A stretch of 64,000 nt of DNA from Octopus vulgaris (taxonomy: Eukaryota), in the NCBI GenBank assembly GCA_951406725.2, contig OX597814.1, forward strand, positions 30,318,001 to 30,382,000, in the 5' to 3' direction. This document shows, piece after piece, positions 14,352 through 28,312 of the stretch. The position numbers and the translations under genes are program-made. Each line of letters begins with the position of its first letter. The stretch's first letter is position 1. The notes beneath the pieces are model-generated. The model was not told the DNA's origin, made no database searches, and worked only from the letters and a program-made list of their open reading frames with translations.

Positions 14352-15240
14352 ACCATGATGGTGAGTTTCTGTTCACCAAATTTGTTCAAAAGACATTAGT
14401 TGACCCAGAGCTATATGTAGAAGACACTTGCCCAAGATGCCGCGCACTGAACCGAAAGTTTCTTTACCATCCAACCATGTCTACATTCTCACACTCCCGT
14501 GCAAAAAGAAAAGAAAAAGCCTAAAATATTTTCATAAAGTTGCACGTTAAAATGTAATATATGTGCAACAAAACGTCCCTAAACTACAAAACCCTTCAAT
14601 GAGTCTTACGTTAGCCACAATTAGAATCCCAATAAAAGACATTCACGCAGTATCAATGAATGTTACAGTATACAGAATAAAACCATCATAAACCAAGACC
14701 CCTTTAACAAGTCCAACCTTACGAGAACGAAAGGCAACATAGAACAACGGGATCACAAGATGTAAGAGACACAGGCAAAGAAGTATATCAAACATATATG
14801 ACCATCAGCAGCAGCTTAACGGATATCATTTAAGCTGTTTGCTATAAGCGCTGAAATCCTTTGATTATACGTTTTTAAAAGCATATTTTTAATGAAAAGC
14901 CTTCTTTTTACAGTGTAAATCCATTTTGGAACTAATATCTCAGATATGACAGGAGAGATTGAACTGTACGTAAATGAAATTGAATTGTCCATTATAATAG
15001 AAGGATCAAGAAAAAGCATTTTAAAAAGAAAGGAGTGTACTTTTATGTTCTTTTCAAATAGAAGTGTACGGAAAGTTCCTTTTAATGTTTGAATTAAAAG
15101 TTCTAGCGTTTATAGCTTTAATTACTGCGTGGTTAGCTCGTTTTGCTTGTATGTTAGGCATAACTTCAAAGAAAAATAATTATATGCTGGTTGAATATTC
15201 AAAGATCAAGCAGTTTTTCTATGTGAAACTGACATCTACA

Positions 15241-15555
15241 AGGCGCAGGAATGGCTGTGTGGTAAGTAGCTTGCTTACCTACCACATGGTTCTTCTACTA
15301 TAGCCTCGGGCCGACCAAAGCCTTGTGAGTGGATTTGGTAGACGGAAACTGAAAGAAGCCCGTCGTATATATGTAGCGGTTCGGCAAAAGTAACCGATAG
15401 CGTAAGTACCAGGCTCAACAACAACAAGAAATCGATAGAATAATTACTAGGCTTACAAATAATAAGTCCTGGGGTCGATTTGCTCGATTAAAGGCGGTGC
15501 TCCAGCATGGCCGCAGTCAAATGACTGAAACAAGTAAAAGAGTCAAGGGTAAAGA
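15241..15555 (+). mobile_element. SINE family A with internal deletions
   Basis: Head ggcgcaggaatggctgtgtggtaag and tail gactgaaacaagtaaaagag both present. Confidence 0.85.
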
Positions 15556-16383
15556 ATAAGCTACTGAATAAGAAAAACTGTTTCTTTGCCTTACTATATA
15601 AACAATCTGTTTACATTTTCAGAAACCTCGTCCTATTGCTGCAAAGAATGGACCTGGCAGGTCTAGATTTGTGGAAGGACAGATAACAGAAGACTGAAAT
15701 TCAAAATTCTAATCCTACTAAATATTTGGTAGATGGAAGATCTACCTCGATATAACTGCAACTGCTATGGGAAAATACATGTTTGAAATTGCTAGGTCTT
15801 CAAAAAAGAAAAGCTTGTAACTTGCAAAACAATGTAGAGTTGCCGAAAAACATTATCTAATGACCATTACATAAAGGTTAGAAAATACTTGTTTCCCTTC
15901 TAATGGATGTCCAAGGAAATCTCTATTGAAGAAAATCGCAAAAGCAAGATTGCACTTTTTGGCCAAGTTTGTGAACTGTGACAAAGTCTAGTTTCTGAAA
16001 GTCTTCTAGACTGGCGAACCAACATTTGAACTTTATATCGATTTCCTATAAAAGGTAAAGGGCAACCAATTCTTGAGAAGCGGGCTACATGGGACATGGA
16101 ACGTTAGCAGGCGAATCAAGGTAAGTTTTCGTTAGGTGTGCCATTGAGAAAGTCCCGCGAGCTGCAGTTTGCCTTTGGTTGCTTTAAAATTTTGGTATTG
16201 AGTGAATTTAACAACCGTGAAGCAAGAAAGGGGTCCAACATGACCCCAAACGATAATAGAAACAAGCAAAAGGTAAAAGACAAAAATAAACTAAAAGTTT
16301 AAAAAAAAGAGAAAAATTCAGAGGAATATTTTTGTGAACACCAGTCTACTTAAATTTGACATACAAGCGGTATTAGAACATCG

Positions 16384-16767
16384 GTGGAGGCGCAATGGCC
16401 CAGTGGTTAGGGCAACGGACTCGCGGTCATAGGATCGCGGTTTCGATTCCCAGACCGGGCGTTGTGAGTGTTTATTGAGCAAAAACACCTAAAGCTCCAC
16501 GACGCTCCGGCAGGGGATGGTGGTGATCCCTGCTGTACTCTTTCACCACAACTTTCTCTCACTCTTACTTCCTGTTTCTGTTGTACCTGTATTTCAAAGG
16601 GCCGGCCTTGTCACTCTCTGTGTCACGCTGAATATCCCCGAGAACTACGTTAAGGGTACGCGTGTCTGTGGAGTGCTCAGCCACTTACACGTTAATTTCA
16701 CGAGCAGGCTGTTCCGTTGATTCGGATCAACCGGAACCCTCGTCGTCGTAACCGACGGAGTTCTTCC
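16384..16767 (+). mobile_element. SINE family B
   Basis: TSD attagaacatcg (12 bp) on both sides. Confidence 0.92.
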
Positions 16768-17127
16768 ATTAGAACATCGATTAGGGCACAGAAGTGATAA
16801 CTAGCGATCACCTTAATAATGAGACGATGTAATTAAAATGCAGTTGTCAAAGGTGGGCGCTAAATATATATTTTTTGTTTGTGTTGTCAAGTTTTAGTAT
16901 AATTTATTTCGCGGTCTGAAATTTAAATTTCACAAAATCGAAACACTCCAGTTCATTTTGTTCTTTGTTTATGCGGATAGATGTGCATATTTCACGGTTA
17001 GGTCACGAAAGAATCGGTATCTATTAACTAATTTATGAAAACATTAGTAAGATTTTCCAGACAAGTTGTTGGTATTGTTTCCGATTATGTAGGTGGGGGG
17101 AATTAATGGGGTATCATTTCCCCTCTA

Positions 17128-17830
17128 CAGCGAGCTGGCAGAATCGTTAGCACGCCGGGCGAAATGCTTAGGAACATTTCTTCTGTCTTCGTGATTTGAG
17201 TTCAAATTCCGCCGATGTCGACTTTACCTTTCATCCTTTCGGGGTCGATAAATTAAGTACCAGTGAAACATTCAGGTCGATGGGATCGACTATTCCCCTC
17301 CCCCAAAATTTCAGGCCTTGAATCGTTAGCACGCCGGGCGAAAAACTCAGGGGCATTTCGTTCTGAGTTCAAATTTCGCCGGGGTCGACTTTGCCTTTCA
17401 TTCTTTCAGGGTCAATAAATTAAGTACTAATCGTTTCTACTCTAAGCACAAGGCCCTAAATTTGGTGGGAGGGGGGGCCAGTCGATTAGATCGACCACAG
17501 TACGCAACTGATACTTAATTTATCGACTCCGAAGAGATGAAAGGCAAAGTCAACCTCGGCGGAATTTGAACCCAGAACGTAAAGACAGAAAAAATACCTA
17601 TTTCTGTACTACCCACAAGGGGCTAAACACAGAGAGGACAAACAAGGACAGACAAACGGATTAAGTCGATTATATCGACCCCAGTGCGTAACTGGTACTT
17701 AATTTATCGACCTCTAAAAAGATGAAAGGCAAAGTCGACCTCGGCGGAATTTGAACTCAGAACGTAGCGACAGACAAAATACTGCTAAGCATTTCGCCCG
17801 CCGTGCTAACGATTCTGCCAGCTCGCCGCT
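17128..17830. mobile_element. Cluster of SINE family C copies in opposite orientations (+ 17128-17430; - 17430-17830)
   Basis: The core motif is read twice forward and then twice reverse-complemented. Confidence 0.85.
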
Positions 17831-17922
17831 TTATTAATTGTCAATTCTTGCATGCATCATGGTTGTTTTCAGCGAAATGTTTACTATAATGATTTTTGGG
17901 GGCTAATGCAGTTTCGCAGCTC

Positions 17923-18259
17923 GGATCTTTTCCTTTTGAACGGCAGTTTTCAACACAATTTCTAGTCAACTAAACACTTTTAAACTTCGTATACTGGTAA
18001 GGCTAAAAATTAGGGTTAGGGTTAGTGAAGGATGTTGTCTCAGTTTTAGAAGCAGCAAATGATTTTAGCTCTATAGAGGCCATTGATTGGTTAAAATTCG
18101 AGAAATTAAACTACGTTAAACTTACAAATTACAATTTTCTCAAGAAAGCCAAGAGAAAAAAATGTTTTATTTTGACACATTCTACCAGTATACGAAGTTT
18201 AAAAGTGTTTAGTTAATTAGAAATTGTGTTGAAAACTGCCGTTCAAAAGGAAAAGATCC
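17923..18259. mobile_element. Non-autonomous DNA transposon (GGATCTTTTC TIRs, 8-bp TSD; Merlin-like) with internal TTAGGG repeats
   Basis: ~75-bp TIRs; TSD cgcagctc at 17915-17922 and 18260-18267; ttagggttagggttag at 18010-18025. Confidence 0.9.
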
Positions 18260-18475
18260 CGCAGCTCTCCTTGAAAAATGCATCTTTTTTAAAAGTATTT
18301 TGACAGATTCCTACGTTTTATATATCGGAGATTACGAAAATGCAAAATGCAACCCCCCTCACCCCTCCCGTTTAAAATTTTGAACTTTTTCGAAATGTTT
18401 TCCCCTGTGTTCCGGATATGCAAGAAACTACGTTTTGAAACTTATAAATTCAATAAGCATATAGATAGATCAATC

Positions 18476-18579
<104 letters not shown>

Positions 18580-18776
18580 TGAATGTCTTCCTGGGGCTAA
18601 AAACAACAGTAACACCGTCTTCTATAGGACCGTTGATAAACATATTTTATGAATAAACGGAAATGGATAAATAGATAGACAGACAAATAAATGGATGAAA
18701 AAGTTCAAAATTTAAAATTGGGGTGGGTTGAAATTTGAGCCCCTTATTAAACTTTATAACATTAATTATTAATATT

Positions 18777-19041
18777 ACTCTTTTACTCTTTCACTCTTTT
18801 ACTTGTTTCAGTCATTTGACTGCGGCCATGCTGGAGCACCGCCTTTAATCGAGCAACTCTACCCCGGGACTTATTCTTTTTGTAAGCCCAGTACTTATTC
18901 TATCGGTCCATTTTGCCGAACCGCTAAGTTACGGGGACATAAACACACCAGCGTTGGTTGTCAAGCAATGCTAGGGGAACAAACACAGACACACAAGCAC
19001 ACACACGCATATATATGCATATATATGCATATATATATATA

Positions 19042-19089
<48 letters not shown>

Positions 19090-19257
19090 CATATATACGA
19101 CGGGCTTCTTTCAGTTTCCGTCTACCAAATCCACTCACAAGGTTTTGGTCGGCCCGAGGCTATAGTAGAAGATACTTGCTCAAGGTGCCGTGCAGTTGGA
19201 CTGAAACCGGAACTATGTGGTTGGGAAGTAAGCTTCTTGCCATACAGCCACTCCATG
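18777..19257 (-). mobile_element. SINE family A, full length
   Basis: Matches the family consensus, with an expanded internal (TA)n. Confidence 0.9.
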
Positions 19258-20136
19258 CTTGTATTTATGTATGTGTGGCTGTTTGTATGTGCCCTCCCAC
19301 CTCCACTACTTGATAACCAGTGTCGGTCTGGCTACGTCCCTGACACCTAACGCTTCGGCAAAAGAGACCGATAGAATAAGTATCAGCCTTTGAAAACAAA
19401 AAAAAATGTATAAGGTGGGGGTCGATTTGCTTAACTTAGACCATTCAAGGCAGTCTCCCACCCAACACGACCGTAGTCCAAAGACTAAAAATAATAATAG
19501 ATACAGACACACATATGCACAAAGTGTGCGTGTGCGTGAGAAGAGAAAGGAGAGTAAGAGGAGGTGGAGAGAGAAAGAGAGAGAGAGAGAAAGGTTATTT
19601 CTAGGAAAGCAACACTTCTGTTATTTTATTTACACTTAAATTTCTATTTCACTTTTAGTTTGTGCAATCACACCACACACACACACACACACACACACGT
19701 GAGAAAAAGAAAGAACGTATCTAAGTATTAAAAGGCAAGTTACTGATAAATATTAAATTTCCAGGAACTGTTACCGTCCTATTTAATTTCAAGTTACGAT
19801 ACATTATATGTAATGTTGCAATTATATCGTTAGTCGCTGGGAGTATTTAGTTTAGTATTCATGTCAATTACAGGCAGAAGTCATTTCGTCACACGATATT
19901 TACGTCAGCGTTACGATTAACGGGACACGCACAAAACCCACACCTTATAATAATAGATTTGCGTTTGTTTCTTTATAACATTCTAGAACATCCGTTTTTT
20001 TCTAAATGAAATTCTGCAGAGTTTAGAATACAAATAAGTTGATAAACTTTAGGGAAAATAATAAAAAAAAATACGTATTTTCTTTTGGAGGAGTTTCGGA
20101 TCTTTGTATTCGATTCGCTCCGGTTTTATTCACACT

Positions 20137-20333
20137 TCTCTTTTACTCTTTTACTTGTTTCAGTCATTTGACTGCGGCCATGCTGGAGCACCGCCTTTAG
20201 TCGAGCAAATCGACCCGGGACTTATTCTTTTTGTAAGCCAAGTACTTATCCTATAGGTCTCTTTTGCCGAACCGCTAAGTGACGGGGACGTAAACACACC
20301 TGTATAGGTTGTCAAGCAATGCTAGGGAGACAA

Positions 20334-20380
<47 letters not shown>

Positions 20381-20570
20381 AACACACACACACATATATA
20401 TATATATATACGACAGGTTTCTTTCAGTTTCCGTCTACCAAATCCACTCACAAGGCATTGGTCGGCCCGGGGCTATAGCAGAAGACATTTGCCCAAGATG
20501 CCACGCAGTGGGACTGAACCCGGAACCATGTGGTTGGTTAGCAAGCTACTTACCACACAGCCACTCCTAC
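20137..20570 (-). mobile_element. SINE family A, full length
   Basis: Matches the family consensus. Confidence 0.9.
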
Positions 20571-22206
20571 TAATTGCCGTAATTTTAGCATTTTAAACTT
20601 TTTCTTATCTATAGGTCTGAAGATCAATATTACACAATCTACATCTTGGGGAATGGTATTTCGGTAAAATGGGATTTAAAAAAATATACAGGAATACAAA
20701 ATAAAGGAAAAAGATGGAACTATTTGAATAGGTTTGGTCTTGGGGTTTTAACATCAACGACGATGAGGACGGCTCCTTTGATGAGGATCTTTTATCTTTG
20801 CTTTTAGTGATTACACCGTGGCCATACTGGGGCACTGCTTTGAAGAATTTTAGTCAAACGAATCGCGACACCCATATACCTATTTTTTTGATGATGATGA
20901 TGATGGTGAATTTTTTTGATGATGATGATGGTGATGATGATGATGATGATGATGATGAAAATTGTTTGATGATGGGAGTGGGGTTGTGGCGAAACAATAA
21001 TTTTCTTTAAAAAAAAAAAGGATCTAACAGAAAAGATCCCCCCCCCCCAGAAAAAAGGCTTCTTTTAAGTGGTTTGAAATGTGGGACTTCTTATAAAATT
21101 TGTAAGAATCCCGAAAGAATCGTATATGGGTCAGCTATTCTGAAAGTCCATCAATGATTTTTCTCATAGGCAACATAACCACGAATTTATAAGGGACGAA
21201 CATGAAAGATCAAATTTAAAGTAGTTATATATATATCAGCTGGCGCAGAAAGGTGAAAGATGAAGTCAGTCTAGCGATAATGGTAATAAATTCTCATTAC
21301 ATAACGATACAATCAATAGCTGTATACCCTGACAGTCTGTGTTGCTACCAGTTTTCAGGGGAGTCACAATACCAGAACTCATCTCACTTATGATTAAAGG
21401 GATAACAATAGTAACACGAAAAAAAAAAAACTGTATCCGCTTCTAGATCTTTAATTTTCAATGAATTTAAATAGTTCCGGATTATGGGCATAACTACAGA
21501 AGCGTGCTCCCTCCACAAGTTTCCTCGTAACTTTCTTAAAAATACATATTTTTAATTAAATTTTCCATCGATTCATTAGTTGGTGTAGATTACGATTCTG
21601 TGAAAGTGGAGGAGCGGAAGTTTAAAATAGGGGGATTATCCGATCACACCACTCCCCGCCAATTACAACTTTTCTTGATATAATCTAAAATGTATATATG
21701 GTAATTTTCATTGGAAAGTATGCATTTCTAATAAAGTCACAGGAAATCAAAGTATTGTGTGCGGTGGTGATGGTGGGGGGAACAAACACTTCTGTTAATA
21801 AGCTGGATTATGTACCCACCCGTAACCTCTTGGATATTTTGGTGTCTTAGTTCCGAAACAGAAATTGTGGAAAATAAGTTGGTTGATTCCGTTGTACGCA
21901 CAAAAATATGTATTATTTCTTCGTAACTTCTTTTTTCTGCTTTTTAATTTTGCGTATTCTTGCATGTTTAAAGGAATTAAGCAACTTATTTTCCTTTTGG
22001 AATTTCCCCCCTCCTATTAACAAAATCGGTTTTAAAAAAAAAATTAGTGTTAGGGTTACGGTATGAATGATCGAATATAAGTCAGTACATGTCTTGTACA
22101 CATTTAACCGGGTCTGGAATCAGTCTGATGGTTATACCAATTTCTTATAAAAAAAACTCAATAAAACGAAAGTATCAGAATAGTTGAAAAGTTTTAAACT
22201 ACTTAC

Positions 22207-22397
22207 AGTATGGCCAACTGGAGCATTCGTACCGTCGGGGTTTCATTATCACATGTCTCTTCGTTTGTATTCCGACAAAGGGTCAAACATTTTAAGAGGA
22301 AAAAAAGTAAAACCGCGCATAAATTTATAGTCGCGGATACGACAAGTACATCGTTTGTTTGAAATTTAACTTGGAATAAACTCATGAAGGTATCCAT
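22207..22397 (-). CDS. First coding exon of the TLC-domain gene (MDTFMSLFQ...MLQLAI)
   Basis: ATG-initiated ORF with one TM-like segment. It ends ATA CT|GTAAGT, a consensus phase-2 donor. CT plus the first A of the 1208 exon gives CTA (Leu) and an uninterrupted 370-aa protein. Confidence 0.7.
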
Positions 22398-22559
22398 TTG
22401 GTATGAAATATTTAATCTCTGTTATAAAATAAAAAAAAGATTACTACTCGTAAGTCGGCAACATAAAGTGATTTTGTTTATCGTAGTATTCAGGGTAGAT
22501 GAATCAACTGTTGAATGGGAAGGAAGTAGAAAAATGTGTTGCAGCCGATCTCTCCTGTA

Positions 22560-22710
22560 TACCCAAATGCTATAACTTCGCTTGTGACTGACTGTTTTAC
22601 TGGCCATCCGGTGCTGACGTACGTAGTGACGTGTCAGGAAAATCCGCCGATCGAGATTTTTTTTTAAAGTGCTATTTATAACATTTCACATGCTTATTCG
22701 CTCGCTCGCT
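22560..22710. promoter_or_regulatory. Candidate promoter of the TLC gene with two CRE/ATF-like TGACGT sites
   Basis: Non-repetitive, CpG-enriched patch ~200-300 nt upstream of the ATG; TGACGT at 22615-22620 and 22627-22632. Confidence 0.4.
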
Positions 22711-23080
22711 CTCACACTTTATACATATTACAAGGTCTCTGAATAGAAGCTTGTCATTCTGCGAAGTTGAGGATATTAGCAAAACTGAAAGAGGTAGGGA
22801 GATGCAATCAACTGTTGGTGACAAGTAAATAAGTGTAGTGTTTAACGAGGATGGCAGTGGACGTAGAGGGAGAAAACGTTTAACTTTTCAGAGCAGTTTC
22901 GAAATCGAAAGTAGATAATTTCTACTGTGTATGTGTGTGTGAGTGTGTGTGTGTATGAGAGCCGTGGTGAGGATTGTGAGAACAGACTTAAAAGAAGCTT
23001 CTAGTTCACATTCATTTCATACTTCAAAACTTTAAAAATAATATACTAACATGACCGATTTAAGACGTTTGACTTCTGAG

Positions 23081-23163
23081 TAATAATAATAATAATAATA
23101 ATGATAATAATAATAATATTAATAATAATAATAATAATAATAATGATAATAATAATAATAATG

Positions 23164-23241
<78 letters not shown>

Positions 23242-23268
23242 ATATTAATAATAATAATAATAATAATA

Positions 23269-23325
<57 letters not shown>

Positions 23326-23327
23326 TA
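23081..23327. repeat. (AAT)n microsatellite
   Basis: Read directly. Other long tracts: (GATA)n 18475-18580, (TA/CATA)n 31915-32248, (TA)n 34870-35039, (CA)n 36270-36400, (AAT)n/(ATT)n 52807-52898, compound 54480-55060, (TATG)n/(CATA)n 60085-60410, (GA)n 63133-63260. Confidence 0.98.
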
Positions 23328-23479
23328 ATTAATTCTTTTATTGGTCACAAAGGGCTGACAAACATGATTGGGACAAACATTAAAGGGACAAAACAAGATG
23401 AAAGGTTACAAAGGGTTTTGTCCGTTTGTTGTGAAATCGAGTAAAAATAATAATAATAATAATAATAATAAGTTTCTGA

Positions 23480-23873
23480 ATATGTATTTCATCTTTCTAC
23501 TTCTTTCAATAATTAGATTGCGGTCATGCTGGGGCATCGCCTTGTAAAATTTACAGTCCAGTCTAACAAATTGATCCCATTATGGGATGGTGCTGAAAAG
23601 CCCCAACCTTCCGTATTCTTTTTCAGGGCCTAGAAAAACTTGAAGGACCGTTACACTAAATGTGTGAATCTGAGAAGGGGGAATATGTTAAATAAAATCA
23701 TAATTAACTGATTCTCCTGTATTTTCTTTTAACCAACCAAAGCCAGGCGAAAATTTTTCGGCAACGTTGATCGGGAATCCTTAAATTACTCGAATGTTAA
23801 CAAATCAACACCAGCTGTCAAGCGGTGGCGGGGGGAGGAGGGGGACAGACATAAAGACACCTGATCGCGCGTG

Positions 23874-23916
<43 letters not shown>

Positions 23917-24311
23917 ACACGAACAAAGATAATGACGCGAATAAACAAATACACGCGCTCGGGCTTGATATATGAAATACATACATTTATAGAGAAAAAT
24001 AAAAAGAGAGAATATTCATCAGATGAATATACATTAATATTCATCTGAGTACTTTCAGTTTTTACTTCCCCCAATGTATCACTGGATTTTTATTCGCATT
24101 CATAGCAACCCCGGTTGCTAATCGTGAACTATAGAAAATTTTTTTTTCCAGCTTATCGAACATCGATATGGGAAAAACCAAGCTTCTACGCCAATAAACT
24201 ATTATTATTTCTGAAAGTTGTTTTTATACTTATCACGGACTGCTTGAAGATTACTAACTTCTTACGCCTAGATCCTAGGAACTTACAATTACAATTTACA
24301 CGTATTTATAC

Positions 24312-24404
<93 letters not shown>

Positions 24405-25093
24405 TGAGTGTATTTTTACCTTGTTAACAATTAATTAGAAGCTTGGTTTTTCCCATATCGATGTTCGATAAGCTGAAAAAAACATTTTCTATAGTTCACG
24501 ATTAGCAACCGGGGTTGTTATGAATGCGAATAAAAATCCAGGGATACATTGGGGGAAGTAAAAACTGAAAGTACTCAGATGAATATTCTCTCTTTTTATT
24601 TTTCTCTATAAATGTATGTATTTCATATATCAAGCCCACGCGCGTGTATTTGTTTATTCGCCTCATTATCTTTGTTCGTGTGTGTGTGTGTGTGTGAGTG
24701 TGTGTGCGCGCACGCGCGATCAGGTGTCTTTATGTCTGTCCCCCCCTCCTCCCCCCGCCACCGCTTGACAGCTGGTGTTGATTTGTTAACATTCGAGTAA
24801 TTTAAGGATTCCGATCAACGTTGCCGAAAAATTTTCGCCTGGCTTTGGTTGGTTAAAAGAAAATACAGGAGAATCAGTTAATTATGATTTTATTTAACAT
24901 ATTCCCCTTCTTAGATTCACACATTTATTGTAACGGTCCTTCAGTTTTTCTAGGCCCTGAAAAAGAATACGGAAGGTTGGGCTTTTCAGCACCATCCCAT
25001 AATGGGATCAATTTGTTAGACTGTAAATTTTACAAGGCGATGCCCCAGCATGACCGCAATCTAATTATTGAAAGAAGTAGAAAGATGAAATAC

Positions 25094-25097
<4 letters not shown>
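23480..25097. repeat. Long inverted duplication: arms 23480-24188 and 24436-25097
   Basis: Arms are reverse complements apart from a few small indels; the 247-bp spacer contains (TA)n. Confidence 0.95.
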
Positions 25098-25179
<82 letters not shown>

Positions 25180-25218
25180 ATCACGACTGACATACGGTCC
25201 TAAACAGCAACAGCAGAG

Positions 25219-25350
25219 TGGAGGCGCAATGGAGCAGTGCTTAGACCAGCGGACTCGCGGTCGTAAGAACGCGTTTTCGATTCCCAGACCGGGGATTGTC
25301 AGTGTTTAATGAGTAAAAACACCTAAACTTCACGAGACTCCGGCGGTGGG
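25219..25350 (+). mobile_element. SINE family B, head only, diverged
   Basis: gtggaggcgcaatgg...ttcccagaccggg head without the body. Confidence 0.75.
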
Positions 25351-25722
25351 GGGGTGAATTAGAGATTATTCTTTGTGGCTAACGGCATGAGTCCTGATTA
25401 GAAGACAACAGCCGTATGTAACAGTCAAAAGACTATATCCGAAAGGAAAACGAATTCAAATCTAACAAAGAATAATGTAGACAAAATTCATCGATCTATA
25501 ACTGAAATTATTGATGACCGGAAATATATAATTAATAGCTAATTAAGTTCATAATGCGTAACCGGTTTACTATCACCGCGGCCACTGCCATCACAACCAC
25601 CACCGACGCCACTACCACCAGCCTCGGAGTCAATAAAATAAAGTTAAACCAGTGGGATCGATTTAATTAACAAAACCCCACCTCTCGAAATTGCTGTCCT
25701 TGTACCTATATTAGAAACAATT

Positions 25723-26121
25723 GTGGAGGCGCAATGGCCCAGTGGTTAGGGCAGCGGACTCGCGGTCATAGGATCGCGGTTTCGATTCCCAGACCGGGCG
25801 TTGTGAGTGTTTATTGAGCGAAAACACCTAAAAGCTCCACGAGGCTCCGGCAGGGGATGGTGGTGATCCCTGCTGTACTCTTTCACCACAACTTTCTCTC
25901 ACTCTTACTTCCTGTTTCTGTTGTACCTGTATTTCAAGGGGCCGGCCTTGTCACTCTCTGTGTCACGCTGAATATCTCCGAGAACTACGTTAAGGGTACG
26001 CGTGTCTGTGGAGTGCTCAGCCACTTACACGTTAATTTCACGAGCAGGCTGTTCCGTTGATTCGAATCAACCGGAACCCTCATCGTCGTAACCGACGGAG
26101 TGCTAAGAGAGGAGGCTAAGG
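25723..26121 (+). mobile_element. SINE family B
   Basis: TSD attagaaacaatt (13 bp). Confidence 0.92.
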
Positions 26122-26911
26122 ATTAGAAACAATTATTACGGTACCGAGGCAACGGAATCACTAGAACCTTGCGGAATTTCAAGTACTGGGGTGGATTATA
26201 GCGACTAACCCCTTCCCCAAATTTCAAGCGTTGCTCCTATAACAGGCGGTATACATTTATCCGACGGGCTTCTTTCAATTTCCGTCTACTACAAGACTTT
26301 GGTTGGCTCGAGGCTATAGTAGAAGACTCTTGCCCAAGGTGCCACGCAGTGGGACTGAACCTGGAACCATGTGGTTGGGAAGCAAGCTTATTATCACACA
26401 TTATAAATATATATATAAAATACAAAATGGGACAAGAGCGTAAAACATCCAGACAGTTAAGTGATACAAAAAGGGGACAACAAAACATCCAGATAGACGA
26501 TACAAAGATACAAAGTGCCACACAGTGGAACTGAACCCCGAACCATGTGGTTTGGAGGCAAATGTTTTACTTCCCCGCCAAACTCTCTTCATTCATTTCT
26601 CCGTTACATCATCCCACACTGCTTTAATACCATATATGGCCTTCATGATATGGTAGATTTTTTTTCACATGTTCCTGATAAATTTGTTTATATTAGCAAT
26701 CTCTTTTTTCAAAAGTTGTTTGAAACTGCGACGAAATAATAGGCCTAGAGATTCGAAATTACACTCTGACACATGGGTTGGTGTACAGAAATGATGTTTG
26801 GTGGTAGGTAAACTACTTCGACAGCGATGGCAGGTTTGAAGGGCATTGGGTCTATGGAAATTGCCTCGGGCATGATCAATCACCACCAAAGCCTTGAACT
26901 GAAGGTTATGT

Positions 26912-27342
26912 GGATCTTTTCGGTTTGAACGGCAGTTTTTAACATAATTTCTAGGTAACTAAAAAATTTTAAACTTCGTACACTGGTAGAATGTGTTTAT
27001 AAAACATCTTTTTCTCTTGGATTTATTGAGAAGATATTTGTTGTTTTTTTTCTTCAATTTCTGCAATTTCAACCAATCAATGACCGTCTATTGAGGTGAA
27101 AACATTCTGTGCCGTATGAATATGTCCCTCGTTTAAGAAACAGATTGGGTTTATTTACATTTCTGAAGAAAATAGATACCCTTCCCCCACCCCTAACCCT
27201 AACCCTAACCCTAACTAACCCTAGCTCTAACCCTAACCCTAAAATAGATTGAAATGCAATAGATCGATACTAGGGTCATAATTATGGGTGACAATTTCAT
27301 ATGACACCGCTAGAAAAACTGCCGTTCAAACCGAAAAGATCC
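26912..27342. mobile_element. Same MITE family, opposite orientation, with a (CCCTAA)n tract
   Basis: ~29-bp TIRs; TSD ggttatgt at 26904-26911 and 27343-27350; telomeric tract 27191-27242. Confidence 0.9.
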
Positions 27343-27914
27343 GGTTATGTTCTTGGCCATATCGTTTCATTGCTGAACAAAAAGTATGACACAACCCAAT
27401 ATACGCACTTACAGTTTCAACAGAGATACAGATGCTTTTTAGGTTGTGCCGTTGTTAACCCTATACAACAATCCCCTACCAGCTGTGAATATTTCTGAAT
27501 TATCCTTCATATGGTAAATGCCTAAAGACGCTCTTTGCTTCTTACTCAGTAATGGTAAGTTGGATCAACGTCATGTTGTGTTTCTCTTTGTTGAACACAC
27601 ACACAGCAAGTATATCTCCTACTTCTACTTTTACCAGAAATTTAATCTTTGAACAAATCATCTGTTTGCGGACATAAATAACGCCGTCATGTCAGAAACT
27701 TATATTTCGCAACCTTTTTCTTGATGGTTCTTAACCAGTTTCAAATTCTCTCAATACTTGGAATTTCGCTCCAATGGGATGCTTTTTCACGGCAACTTTT
27801 ACCACTTGGAATTTCAGACAGCCGCTCCATGCTTCCGACCATTAAGCTTCTTCTAACATTTTTTCATGATTCCAGTAACTTCCTCAAAGATTGCTTCGAC
27901 AATATCTTTGTAAT

Positions 27915-28312
27915 TTTAAGGCGGCGAGCTGGCAGAAACGTTAGCACGCCGGGCGAAATGCTTTGCGGTATTTCGTCCGCCGCTCCGTTCTGAGTTCAAA
28001 TTCCGCCGAGGTCGACTTTGCCTTTCATCCTTTCAGGGTCGATAAATTAAGTACTAGTTACGCACTGGGGTTGATGTAATCCACTTAATCCTTTTGTCTG
28101 TCCTTGTTTGTCCCCTCTCTGTGTAGCCCCTTGTGGGTAGTAAAGAAATAAGTATTTCGTCTGTCTTTATGTTCTGGGTTCAAATTCCGCCGAGGTTGAC
28201 TTTGTCATCCTTTCGGGTGTCGATAAATTAAGTACCATTTGCGTGCTGGGGTCAATCTAATCGACTGATCCCCTCCCCAAAATTGTCGGGTCTTGTGCCT
28301 AGAGTAGAAAAG
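27915..28312 (+). mobile_element. SINE family C, full-length dimer
   Basis: TSD aatatctttgtaat at 27901-27914 and 28313-28326. Confidence 0.9.

Noticed and set aside
14640-15019. Hydrophobic short minus-strand frames as extra TLC exons
   Set aside because: No phase-compatible splice pair found, and exons 1 and 2 already join in frame.
15620-16125. Plus-strand segment bounded by ttttcAG and AG|GTAAGT
   Set aside because: No long open frame and no recognisable motif; cannot be supported as an exon without RNA data.
27191-27242. (CCCTAA)n as a chromosome end or fusion scar
   Set aside because: Short, degenerate and enclosed within a TSD-flanked MITE.
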